From positions 4,224,001-4,288,000 of the forward strand of contig JASGJH010000001.1 of assembly GCA_047601445.1 (NCBI GenBank): a DNA stretch of 64,000 nt. Direction: 5' to 3'. Each line of letters begins with the position of its first letter. Position 1 is the first letter of the stretch. The translations under genes were made by a program, and so were the position numbers. Of this stretch, positions 42,833-52,306 are shown one piece after another. The notes below the pieces were generated by a model. That model made no database searches. It saw only the letters and a program-made list of their open reading frames with translations, and had not been told where the DNA came from. The DNA is from Myxococcales bacterium. Its GTDB lineage: Bacteria > Myxococcota_A > Polyangia > Polyangiales > DASUME01.

Positions 42833-43330
42833 TCAGAAGCGACTCAAGAGATAGCCGCTCGCCCCGGGCAGCTTTCCGTCGATCGCAATCGTGGCGACAC
42901 CAGGCGGCACCAGGTCCGCCGGCACGTACGTGATTGCCCCTGGTAGCGAGGCGACCACCCGCGCCGCTAGGTCCTCGGTCGGCAATGTGCGAGGCGGTTC
43001 CTGGCCGGTGCGAATGCGGCGGTCGACCCAGAATCGGCCCGCTTCGTCGGGGTCGCGACCCAGCACGATGCGGTCGAAGCGCTCGCGCAGAGGCGAGCCG
43101 GCAGGTTGATTGATCGGGATGAAGTACCTCCCGCGCGCGTACTGCGTGGAGTTTCCCTCGAAGATACTGCGGAGCTCCGACAAGCTGAGGCCACGCACCG
43201 CCTCGCCTTTGGCGACGATCACGACCAGCGGCGGCGGATGCTCGCCTTGCGCAGAGCCCGACCGAGGCCCGGGGGCCGCTCCGAGGAGCGCGAGGCTGAG
43301 CACGAATGCGATAGCTAACCTGCTTCCCAT
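42833..43330 (-). CDS. Small periplasmic-binding-protein-like protein, copy 1
   Basis: Signal peptide; LVVIV, LSLSELRSIFEG, FWVDRRIR, PPR, VASLPGAITYV. Confidence 0.78.
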   Translation of the reverse strand: MGSRLAIAFVLSLALLGAAPGPRSGSAQGEHPPPLVVIVAKGEAVRGLSLSELRSIFEGNSTQYARGRYFIPINQPAGSPLRERFDRIVLGRDPDEAGRFWVDRRIRTGQEPPRTLPTEDLAARVVASLPGAITYVPADLVPPGVATIAIDGKLPGASGYLLSRF

Positions 43331-43337
43331 GTTCGCC

Positions 43338-44681
43338 TCAGAATGCCAACGCTACCTGCGCCTGCAGGACGCGGAAGGTCCCTGGTCCGGTGCCCCGGAC
43401 AGTCGTTGCGTTCAGGTAGCTGGCTTTGATCGCGAGCTCGTCGAGCGGCCTCAGATTGAGACCGCCCTCGATGGTCACGACCCCAAGCTCGCCGGCAGGC
43501 CCTGGACTTTGGTTGTACTCGGTGAGCACGAAGGGCATGGTCCCTAACCAATGGAACCGATAGCCCCCGAGGAAGTAGCCCCCATAGTCCCAACTATCGT
43601 CCATGGGTGGTGGGGACATGGCACCGCCCGGCGGCGCCATGGGTCGCCCCTTATCGGTGTACTTGCGGCGTGAACCAAGCAGCTCGGTCTGCAGGTGCCA
43701 GCCGCGAAACTTCCACACCAGGTCCCCAGCCCAGCTGCCGAGGTGGAATTGGGAGCTGATCCGCTCGACGGCTGCCGGGAAGAGCCCATTCGAGGCAGGC
43801 TCGTAGATGCTGTCCGTGCTGAGTCCGTAGTATCCCGAAAGGCCGACGCGCAGCTCACCTCGAGCTCGCCTCCCCCACCATAGCCGCCCACCCACGGCCT
43901 TGTTCTCGTCGAGATCGCCATACTCGGAGATCGGCCCCGTTCCGTTGGAGAGAGTAAAATGATACCCAAGCTCGCTGCCCCCGGGAGTCTGCCAACGGCC
44001 CAACAGCTCGAGCCCAGTTTGGCGCTCGGGAAAGGAAAGCATGGTCACGAAGGGGCGCTGGACGGGTATGACGACAGGTGAGCCATGGTCGACATTCCAA
44101 ATGCCGAAGGGCGTGAGGTACTGCCCCAGACGCAAGGTCAACAGCGGGAAGATGTCCCAGTCGATGTAGATTCGCTCGATGACCACGCCTCCCCAGCGCA
44201 GGTCGCGCCCGAGCTGGTTGTAGTCTTGCACTGAGGTGCTTACACGCGTGCGGCCCAAGGGGTCCTGCGCCAGCGTTCCATTGGGGAGGTAGGTAAAGCG
44301 CACCTCGCCCAGCATCCGCAACGTGCGACTCAGCTCCTTCGCCAGGTACACGTTGAAGTTGCCGATGTAGAAGCTCGAATGGCCACCGTTGGACAGCAGC
44401 AGCCGTAGCGGACTCGACTGGGGAACGGCCAAATACGAGAAAGTGAAGTCCGTGAAGCCGCTGAGCTCAGGCGGACGCCGCAGGGGATTCTGCGTACGCG
44501 GAAACCCAAGTAGAGCGAGCTCTTCGGGTGACAACTGCTCCGACGTGGGGGAAGCGACCTTCGCGCCAGCGTCGGTGGGCTCCTGCGCCTCTGCTAACGC
44601 GCAACCCGGCGCGCAAAGAGCCGACAAGAGCAGCCACCGCAGGCCTCCCTTGCACTGCCCCCTCGAGCGGGTAAGGCGCAT
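43338..44681 (-). CDS. Outer-membrane beta-barrel (porin-like), copy 1
   Basis: Signal peptide; LSGFTDF, IERIYIDW, RLGQYLTPFGIWN, NKAVGGRL; terminal ALAF. Confidence 0.8.
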   Translation of the reverse strand: MRLTRSRGQCKGGLRWLLLSALCAPGCALAEAQEPTDAGAKVASPTSEQLSPEELALLGFPRTQNPLRRPPELSGFTDFTFSYLAVPQSSPLRLLLSNGGHSSFYIGNFNVYLAKELSRTLRMLGEVRFTYLPNGTLAQDPLGRTRVSTSVQDYNQLGRDLRWGGVVIERIYIDWDIFPLLTLRLGQYLTPFGIWNVDHGSPVVIPVQRPFVTMLSFPERQTGLELLGRWQTPGGSELGYHFTLSNGTGPISEYGDLDENKAVGGRLWWGRRARGELRVGLSGYYGLSTDSIYEPASNGLFPAAVERISSQFHLGSWAGDLVWKFRGWHLQTELLGSRRKYTDKGRPMAPPGGAMSPPPMDDSWDYGGYFLGGYRFHWLGTMPFVLTEYNQSPGPAGELGVVTIEGGLNLRPLDELAIKASYLNATTVRGTGPGTFRVLQAQVALAF

Positions 44682-44937
44682 TCGTGGAGGCCGACGGTAA
44701 GGTCATCGTGCGCCGGTGGCAACACCTGTTTGTTCCACCAAGCCGCGCCGTCGCTTGCTTGGCCCTGTTTGGTGCTGAGCCGCTCGCTCTTCGAAGGGCT
44801 CCTGAACGAGAACGCTCTCTTGCGCGCGTCACCGCACCTGTCGTCGCGGGGGGCAACCATGCCAGTGCGGATTCCAAGTTCCTTACGCAGGCGATCCGAC
44901 CGATCGATGCGGTAGCTTTTTCGGACGGAGGGGCAAG

Positions 44938-46695
44938 ATGCAGGCTGCGGCCACGATTCATCACACGAGTGCGACGCATAGCCCCGCGAGCAGGGATGAA
45001 AGATTCGACACGACCGAGCCTACCGACCGCGATGCGCCGCGCGTGCCGACCATCCTGCTCGCCGACGACGACCCCTCCGTGGTGGAGGCCCTACGCGAAG
45101 ACTTGGAGTCCATGCACTATGGGATCCGAGTAGCCTATAGCGGACGCGAATGCTTGGCCGAGCTGGGAGCGGGCGGCATCGATCTGGTGCTGCTCGACTT
45201 GATGATGCCAGAAGTCTCCGGGTTCCAAGTCCTGCAGTCGCTCTCGGCCAGCACGCCCTTGCGCAACCTACCCGTCGTGGTGTTGTCCGCACGCGGCAAC
45301 GATGCCGCCCGTGCCTTGAAGGCGGGCGCCGTGGATTACGTGACGAAGCCGTGGGAACCCGAGGAGCTGCTCATGCGCGTGGGGACGCACCTCAGGCTGC
45401 GCGAGCGCGAGCAGGAGCTCGCCTTGGCCGTCACACGCCTCGACCAGCGCAAGCGCGAACTGGAGAATGAAATCGTAGAGCGCAAGCGTGCCGAGGCACG
45501 ACTGGCCATGGCGAGTCGCATGTCCTCGGTCGGAGTCGTCGCCGCCGGCGTCGCCCACGAGATCAACAATCCCTTGACCTACCTAATAGGGAACTTGGAT
45601 CTCGCGCACGAGCAGCTGAATCTCCCTGCCATTCAGAAGCTCCAGATGGGTTCCGCTCCGGTTCTTCGGATGGTGGACCAAGCGCGCGAAGGCGCGGAAC
45701 GGGTTCGCCTGATCGTCCGGGACCTCAAGGCTTTTTCACGGCCCGATTCGGAAGAGCTGGAGTCCGTCAATGTCGTGGAGGTACTGGAGTCAGTGCTGCG
45801 CTTTGCCGGTCACGAGATCAAGCACCGGGCCAAGATCGAGTGGGACAGGCGGCCGACCCCCCGCGTGGTCGGAAACGCTTCGCGCCTGAGCCAAGTTCTC
45901 CTGAACATCGTGGCCAACGCTGCCCAGGCGATGGAACACGGTTCGCCAGACCGCGACGTGCTACGGGTGGAGACCTGCCTCGTTTCGATGGATTCCCAGC
46001 CAGCCGTCGAAGCGGACGTGTCCGCCCGCGCGCAGTGTTCTGACGACATGCTCGAGATCCGACTGCGAGACTCGGGCTCGGGCATGGATGCCTACACCGC
46101 TGCCCATGCATTCGACCTGTTCTATACCACCAAGACCAAGGGCACCGGCACGGGTCTCGGGCTGGCGCTGTGCCGCAAGATCGTCGAAGGATTTGGTGGA
46201 CGCATCGCGCTCCGGAGCGAGCGCGGCAAGGGAACGGAAGTGACCGTGACTCTGCGCGTGAGCCATGAACGGGACGTCGCCCCGGGAGCTACTCGTGCGG
46301 CGCCTGCGGCACCCACCTCGGAGATGCAAAAGGGGCACCTGCTGGTCATCGACGACGAGCCCGAGATCGGCGCTTTGATCATGACCTTTCTTGCCCGCCA
46401 CTACCACGTGCAAGTCGTCCATGAATCGACGGCGGCACTCAGTCTCCTCCGCTCCGGCCACCACTTCGATCTCGTGCTCTGCGATCTGATGATGACAGGC
46501 GTCAATGGCATCGATCTCTATGAGACCGTGCGACGGGAGCTCGTTGGTGGAGGCCCACCATTCGTGTTCATGACGGGAGGTCCATGCACCCAGCGAGCCG
46601 CTGCTTTCGTCAAACAGCACAAGAGCCGGGTGCTGGAGAAGCCCTTCTCACCGACTCGGCTCACGGAGACACTCGAAGCCGCGAGGAGTCACTGA
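44938..46695 (+). CDS. Cytoplasmic hybrid histidine kinase REC-HisKA-HATPase-REC
   Basis: LLADDD..LLDLMMP..TKP; AGVAHEINNPL; NAAQA, DSGSG, GTGLGL; VIDDE..LCDLMM..EKPF. Confidence 0.93.
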   Translation: MQAAATIHHTSATHSPASRDERFDTTEPTDRDAPRVPTILLADDDPSVVEALREDLESMHYGIRVAYSGRECLAELGAGGIDLVLLDLMMPEVSGFQVLQSLSASTPLRNLPVVVLSARGNDAARALKAGAVDYVTKPWEPEELLMRVGTHLRLREREQELALAVTRLDQRKRELENEIVERKRAEARLAMASRMSSVGVVAAGVAHEINNPLTYLIGNLDLAHEQLNLPAIQKLQMGSAPVLRMVDQAREGAERVRLIVRDLKAFSRPDSEELESVNVVEVLESVLRFAGHEIKHRAKIEWDRRPTPRVVGNASRLSQVLLNIVANAAQAMEHGSPDRDVLRVETCLVSMDSQPAVEADVSARAQCSDDMLEIRLRDSGSGMDAYTAAHAFDLFYTTKTKGTGTGLGLALCRKIVEGFGGRIALRSERGKGTEVTVTLRVSHERDVAPGATRAAPAAPTSEMQKGHLLVIDDEPEIGALIMTFLARHYHVQVVHESTAALSLLRSGHHFDLVLCDLMMTGVNGIDLYETVRRELVGGGPPFVFMTGGPCTQRAAAFVKQHKSRVLEKPFSPTRLTETLEAARSH

Positions 46696-49233
46696 GTGCA
46701 CCTGCGCCGCCGCAAGCCTGGTGCCCAGGATGGCCAAGCGCTCTCACCACAAGTCCGGGGGGTGATCGCCACTGGCGTGCAGATTCGCCTGGCGATCGCC
46801 GCGATCACGATGAGCCTCGTGCTGATCTTGTCGGTGATGACCGTGTTCTCCATCGATCGGGTCTTCAACTGGTTGACGCCAATCGCCGAGCAGGACCTAC
46901 GTTGGAAGGCCGAGCGTGGACTGGTCGAGCTCCGTCGAGGTGCCGAAGTTGGGCTACTGCTGCGCGACCAGGGCCTATTGCGTGCAGCGGTGCACTCCTA
47001 CGCCCTCGATCCAGACGTCGAGGCCATCGCGGTCGAGGACCGCGCTGGCATCCAGGTTTACCGGCATGCGAAGCGTCCCTTCTCCTCCGATGCACTGTTC
47101 GCGGGGTCCTCGAACATCGTACACAGCGAGCCGGGCCGCTTGCGCTCGTGGTCGCCGATCGCGATCGAAGGGAGGACGATCGGCCGATTGGGGCTCGCCA
47201 TCTCGACGAACCGAGTGTCTGCAGGTGCCACGTTGCGTAGCCGGGTGATTTGGTCTGCGCTCGGTGTAGGCATGCTCGCGGCATTGCTTTCATTCGTGAC
47301 CGTGCGGAGCTACGTCGCGCCCCTCCTAAACGTAACCCGGAAAGCCTTCGTGGACCTCGAGCAGCGCACGAGTGAGGCGCTGGCAGCTGACCGAGCCAAG
47401 AGTCGATTCCTCGCCAACGTGAGTCACGAGCTTCGCACCCCTCTGAATGGCGTGCTCGGGATGACCCGCCTCCTCCTGCAGGGTGAGCTATCAAGCGGCC
47501 AGCGCCGACGAGGCGAGATCATCCTTCAGGCCTCGGAGAACTTGCTCGTGCTCATCAACGACCTGTTGGATGCCACGGTCGCCGAGGCAGGCCATCTGCG
47601 CCTTTCGCCCGCCCCTTGCGAGCTGCGACGCCGCGTGCAGGAACGGGCCGAATTGCTGGCGACCGGCGCGCGAAGCAACGCGCTCGACATTGCTTGCAAC
47701 ATCGCCGACGAGGTCCCCTCCGTGGTGGTCATGGATGGCGAGCGCTTCGAGCAGGTCCTGAACAATGTGCTCGGAAACGCCATCAAGTTCACCACGCGAG
47801 GTGATGTCGAAGTATCGCTGCGACTCGTCGACCCGGCGGTACCAGGACCTCAGCCCCGCCTCCACGTAGAGGTGAGCGACATGGGTCCAGGCATCGCGGA
47901 AGCAGATCAACCGAAGTTGTTTCGAGCTTTCTCCCAACTCGACACGTCTGCTTCGCGACGGCACGAGGGAACCGGGCTCGGGCTCGCCATTTCAAGGCAT
48001 CTATTGGAGTGCATGGGCGGTGAGATTGGCCTGCGCAGCGAGCCCGGGAAGGGAGCGTGCTTCTGGTTCGCGCTCCCCTGCGAGGTCTTGACTCCCGCGC
48101 CACCACCGCTGCACGGCCCTCACAGGCTTCGGGTGCTGGTCGCCGACGAAAGTGCGATGTACCGCCGCCTCGTTGGCGCCTGGTGCTCGAATTGGGGAAT
48201 GGACGTGCAGATCGTGGAGGCTGCGACCGACATTCTGCCTCTCCTTCATTCATCTCGAGCCGGTGGCAATCCTGTCTCCGTGTTGATCATTGACGCCCGC
48301 ATGGTGCGTGCGCAAGGCCCGGCGCTGCTGCAGTCCCTGGCGACCTCTCTTGCTCAGAGCTTGCATGTAATCTGCCTCGCGTCGCCGCTCGATGACGTAC
48401 CCAAGCTGCCGGATGCGTTGAGTGCCAGAGTGCTGATGAAGCCCGTGCGCCCGGAAGCCCTGTTTGCCTTGGTCACGGGCCAGGCAACCGAGCGTGTTGG
48501 CCCCCCGCCTCGGTCTCCAAGCGCAGCCCCAAAGGGCGGCAGGGTTCTGGTAGTCGACGACCACGACGTCAGCCGAGAGGTCGCTGCAGAGGTGGTGCGT
48601 GGCCTGGGCTACACGTGCGATACCGCCGAAAGCGGCAAGCAAGCCCTCGAAGCCGTGGCTCGGCTAACCTATGACATGGTCTTGATGGACTGCCAGATGC
48701 CGGAGATGACCGGCTACGAAGCGACTCGCGCGATCCGCAGGTTGCCGCAATCCGAGACAGCCTCCATCCCGATTTTGGCCCTCACGGCCCACGCGCTCCC
48801 CGAAGAGGAAACCCGGGTGCGTAAGGCGGGGATGAACGGACTGCTCACCAAACCCCTGTCACCGGAACGCCTAGAAGACGCTTTGAAGCGGCATGTGACA
48901 CCCCCCCCAGCGACCCGCGAGGTTCCTTCCCCACGGCCACGGCGCTCGGCCCGCGTGCTCGAGCTGTTTTTGCGCCCAGTTCCGGATCAGCTCCAGCGGC
49001 TCCACGTCGCCATCGAGCGTGGCGCGCTGTCGGATGCAGCCCAGGAGGCGCACCGCCTGAAAGGCGGCTCCGCGAATGTCGGGGCGATGGAATTCTCGGC
49101 TCTTGCGGCCACCCTGGAGGACGCCTGCAACCGCGGCAGCGCCGACGACGCAGACGCATTCGCGCAACACCTCGACCGCGCGTTCCCTGCACTGAAAGCC
49201 CAGATCGAGCAGGAGATCGCGGACCGCGCCTAA
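46696..49233 (+). CDS. Membrane hybrid histidine kinase (periplasmic sensor-HisKA-HATPase-REC-REC-HPt), copy 1
   Basis: Two TMs; FLANVSHELRTPLNG, NAIKFT, GTGLGL, MDCQMP, AHRLKGGSANVG. Confidence 0.93.
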   Translation: MHLRRRKPGAQDGQALSPQVRGVIATGVQIRLAIAAITMSLVLILSVMTVFSIDRVFNWLTPIAEQDLRWKAERGLVELRRGAEVGLLLRDQGLLRAAVHSYALDPDVEAIAVEDRAGIQVYRHAKRPFSSDALFAGSSNIVHSEPGRLRSWSPIAIEGRTIGRLGLAISTNRVSAGATLRSRVIWSALGVGMLAALLSFVTVRSYVAPLLNVTRKAFVDLEQRTSEALAADRAKSRFLANVSHELRTPLNGVLGMTRLLLQGELSSGQRRRGEIILQASENLLVLINDLLDATVAEAGHLRLSPAPCELRRRVQERAELLATGARSNALDIACNIADEVPSVVVMDGERFEQVLNNVLGNAIKFTTRGDVEVSLRLVDPAVPGPQPRLHVEVSDMGPGIAEADQPKLFRAFSQLDTSASRRHEGTGLGLAISRHLLECMGGEIGLRSEPGKGACFWFALPCEVLTPAPPPLHGPHRLRVLVADESAMYRRLVGAWCSNWGMDVQIVEAATDILPLLHSSRAGGNPVSVLIIDARMVRAQGPALLQSLATSLAQSLHVICLASPLDDVPKLPDALSARVLMKPVRPEALFALVTGQATERVGPPPRSPSAAPKGGRVLVVDDHDVSREVAAEVVRGLGYTCDTAESGKQALEAVARLTYDMVLMDCQMPEMTGYEATRAIRRLPQSETASIPILALTAHALPEEETRVRKAGMNGLLTKPLSPERLEDALKRHVTPPPATREVPSPRPRRSARVLELFLRPVPDQLQRLHVAIERGALSDAAQEAHRLKGGSANVGAMEFSALAATLEDACNRGSADDADAFAQHLDRAFPALKAQIEQEIADRA

Positions 49234-49259
49234 ATTCGTGAGCGGTAGGCGACTCATCA

Positions 49260-50627
49260 TTAGGCATGTTGCTGGTCATGAGTCGGAAAGGAAAGGCTCA
49301 CTCGGGTCCCCTGCCCCAACGCACTTTCGACCGACAGCGTCCCTTCGTGTGCCTCCACGATTCGCTTGGCCATCGACAGCCCGAGACCCAAGCCGCCGCT
49401 GCGCCGGCTTCGACTCCTGTCGGTGCGGAAGAAAGGGGTCGCCAGGTACGGGAGGTCTGCGGCGGCGATCCCGATTCCTCGGTCTTGCACGGCGATCGTG
49501 AGGAGTGCATCCGAGTGACGCGCAGTGAGCTCCACCGCTGAGTCCGAGTCGGAATAGGCATGCGCATTTTCGAGCAGGTTCTCCAATACCCGTCGCAAGA
49601 GCATGGCGTTGCCCGTCATGACTGGCAGCTCTGGCTCGCAATGGAACTCCAGCGTGCGCTCGGGATGCGATGCTCGGAATCTGCTGGCTGCCTTTGCGAG
49701 TAGCTGTTCCATCTCGATCTGCTCGCCGCGGAAGCGGACCAACCCTTCTCCTGCCTTTCCGAGTGCGAGATCGAGCCGTGCAGTATGGAGGACATCAGTC
49801 ACGAGTTGCTCGAGTTCCCCGAGATCCTCCGCGATCGCGGAGAGCGACTCCCGCGCCATGCTCGCGTCTCCCTCGTCTGCGAGATCGAGCGCCACCCGAA
49901 TACGGGCCATGGGCGTGCGCAGTTCGTGGGAGACATTGGCGATGAGCTCCTGTTGCGCGCGGAGCAGCTTGGCCACGCGCTCGGCCATTTCGTCGAAGGT
50001 GTTGGCGAGTTCGCCGAACTCGTCGTTGCGACGTAGCCCTACCCTGACGTTCAGGTCACCCGCGCCGAGCTTGCGCGCGGCCAGCGCCAACGCCGCAAGG
50101 GGCGCCGCGAACGAGCGCGCCAGGATGATCGAGGCAACCGCGGTCGCGATCATGGACCCGCCGAAAGCCCAAAGAAAAGCGCTTTGGAGCGGCGGGGGTG
50201 GATTGGGAAGGTAAAGCGCGTAGCCATCAACTTGCCCTTGCGTGCCGAGGGGAACCGCCACCCGCGGTGGTACGCCATCCTCGAGGTACGATGACTGCAC
50301 GCGAAGCTTGGCCAACTGTGTCGGAGCCAGGGGCGCGAGAGGCGGCTGCACATTGGAGGTGATCAAGCGCCCCTCGAAGTCGTAGACACTGACCGCCCCT
50401 CCGAGGACGCCCTTCACCCTCGCGAGCTCCCTTCCGAGCGCGTCGGGTTCGTGTAGGCGCTCCGAGATTCCCTGCACCGCGAAGAGCGCCTCACGACTGA
50501 CGATGCCGCGCGCGTGCGGGTGGACGGACTGGGAGAACGCCAAGATCAAACAGCCGAGGATCGCCACAAGCAGCGCGAGACTAAGCCCGTAGATCCGAAA
50601 GGTCAGGCGACTCAGCCGCGGCACCAT
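49260..50627 (-). CDS. HAMP-domain sensor histidine kinase
   Basis: Two TMs, HAMP (RNDEFGELANTFDEM), VSHELRTP, NLLENA, GLGLGL. Confidence 0.93.
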   Translation of the reverse strand: MVPRLSRLTFRIYGLSLALLVAILGCLILAFSQSVHPHARGIVSREALFAVQGISERLHEPDALGRELARVKGVLGGAVSVYDFEGRLITSNVQPPLAPLAPTQLAKLRVQSSYLEDGVPPRVAVPLGTQGQVDGYALYLPNPPPPLQSAFLWAFGGSMIATAVASIILARSFAAPLAALALAARKLGAGDLNVRVGLRRNDEFGELANTFDEMAERVAKLLRAQQELIANVSHELRTPMARIRVALDLADEGDASMARESLSAIAEDLGELEQLVTDVLHTARLDLALGKAGEGLVRFRGEQIEMEQLLAKAASRFRASHPERTLEFHCEPELPVMTGNAMLLRRVLENLLENAHAYSDSDSAVELTARHSDALLTIAVQDRGIGIAAADLPYLATPFFRTDRSRSRRSGGLGLGLSMAKRIVEAHEGTLSVESALGQGTRVSLSFPTHDQQHA

Positions 50628-50631
50628 GGCT

Positions 50632-51330
50632 CTATCCTTCGTCGAACTGGGAGTCGCCCGCCAACATGTAGCCCGATCCTCTCACGGTCTTCAGCAGCCG
50701 CGGACGCCGCGAGTCATCGCCGAGCTTCTGGCGCAGGCGTGAGATCTGCACGTCGATGGAGCGATCGAAGGCGTCCTCTGCGTCTCCCTTCGCAAGGTAG
50801 AGCAGTCGCTCACGCCCCAGCACACGGCCTGCATGTTCGGCGAGTGCACGCAGCAGTGCGAACTCGTATGCAGTAAGGGCTAACGGACGGCCATCGAGGC
50901 TGGCACGAAGCGCCTGTGGGTCGATCAAGAGCCCACCGACACGCAGCACTTCATTGGCTGGTCCGGCCTTACCCCGAGCACGCCGCACGTGGGCCCGTAT
51001 GCGCGCGACGAGCTCACGTGACGAGAACGGCTTGGCGACGTAGTCGTCTGCGCCGAGCTCCAGCCCCATCACACGGTCCGCCTCTTCGTCGCGGGCCGTC
51101 AGAATCACGATGGGAACATCCGTGCGTGCGCGCAGCTCCTTGCACACCGAAAGACCGTCGAGACTCGGCAGCGAGAGGTCGAGCAACACGACATCGGGAC
51201 GCTCTCGGAGCGCCTCCTTCAAGCCCTGCTTGCCGTCGGGGACCCAGGTGACCTGAACCCCATGGCTCTCCAGGTAACGTGAAGTGAGCTGCGCTAAGCG
51301 CTCGTCGTCCTCGATGAACAGCACTCTCAT
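50632..51330 (-). CDS. OmpR-family response regulator
   Basis: IEDD, LLDLSLP, GADDYVAKPF, DRSIDVQISRLRQKL, KTVRGSGY. Confidence 0.95.
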   Translation of the reverse strand: MRVLFIEDDERLAQLTSRYLESHGVQVTWVPDGKQGLKEALRERPDVVLLDLSLPSLDGLSVCKELRARTDVPIVILTARDEEADRVMGLELGADDYVAKPFSSRELVARIRAHVRRARGKAGPANEVLRVGGLLIDPQALRASLDGRPLALTAYEFALLRALAEHAGRVLGRERLLYLAKGDAEDAFDRSIDVQISRLRQKLGDDSRRPRLLKTVRGSGYMLAGDSQFDEG

Positions 51331-51514
51331 GACCAACCCTTCGAATAGTCCGCAGCTAGAGCCTGCACCTCCACAGAAGCAGCGCTCGTCTCACCATCGA
51401 CGGCAGTGATCGACGTTACTAGCCGGATTCGCTGCAGCTTCTTCATGTTGCCCAACTGTGTCGAAATGTGAACTCGCGAAGATCCGCCTCCCGAGCTCTA
51501 TACCATTTCTGAGC

Positions 51515-52306
51515 ATGCTGAATCAGGGGAGAGTCGACCAGGCGGGCCGCGTACTGGTGATCGACGACGACGAGATCGCGCTCGAGAGCATCCGCGATGT
51601 GCTCGCAGAAGCAGGCTTCCAGGTGCATTGCCTGACGTCTCCAATCGGAGCCACACAGGTGATCGTGAGCCACGGGATCGACGCGGTGGTGGTGGACCTG
51701 AACATGCCCGTCCTACGCGGAGACCGCTTCATTTCCCTGCTGCGAAGCTGGGAACGCATCCGCGACCTGCCCACGATCCTGCTTTCAGGAGCGTCCACCG
51801 AAACGTTGGAGAAGCTGGCCCAGCAGATGCCCGGCGTGCAAACGGTGACCAAGGAGAGCATGCGGCGTCTGCTGCCCCTGGCACTGCGACGAAGCATGGC
51901 CCGGGAGAGGGCGCATCCGACGTCGCTGCGCCGCGCAACGGATCTGAGCTCCGTGGAGAAGGGTGCGCTCGCGAGCGCTGCGCAAGCCAGCCTGAAAGTT
52001 CTGCTCGAAGGAGCCGCCGGACGCGAGATCCAGTGGGAGTCGTTGCTCCATACGCTGAAACTCCTGCGAGACCACGCGCAGCAGGTGGGGACGGCGCAGC
52101 TGGTCAAGCTGACCGCCAAGCTCGTTGAGGTCGGCGAACGCTGTGCCGATCGCCGGAACTTGGTGCCTGACGCACGTCTCGCGCTGCGCGGCGCCCTCGA
52201 CTTCCTCACCTGCTTGGAGGGCTCGAACGCCGGACCCCGGCTGCCCCAGATGGCGGCCGTGCATCTCTCACGCCTCGAGCGCGTCCTGGAGGACCTTTCC
52301 AAGTGA
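51515..52306 (+). CDS. Response regulator with REC and helical (degenerate HPt-like) C-terminal domain
   Basis: VLVIDDD, VVDLNMP, ILLSG; C-terminal LLHTLKLLRDHAQQVG helical bundle. Confidence 0.8.
   Translation: MLNQGRVDQAGRVLVIDDDEIALESIRDVLAEAGFQVHCLTSPIGATQVIVSHGIDAVVVDLNMPVLRGDRFISLLRSWERIRDLPTILLSGASTETLEKLAQQMPGVQTVTKESMRRLLPLALRRSMARERAHPTSLRRATDLSSVEKGALASAAQASLKVLLEGAAGREIQWESLLHTLKLLRDHAQQVGTAQLVKLTAKLVEVGERCADRRNLVPDARLALRGALDFLTCLEGSNAGPRLPQMAAVHLSRLERVLEDLSK

Noticed and set aside
42833..43330. Calling the small PBP-like proteins PstS
   Set aside because: About half the length of PstS and no pstCAB genes nearby
46693..46698. In-frame TGA-GTG junction suggesting readthrough fusion of two kinases
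   Set aside because: Each ORF is a complete protein and the paralog at 52303 starts independently at a similar position
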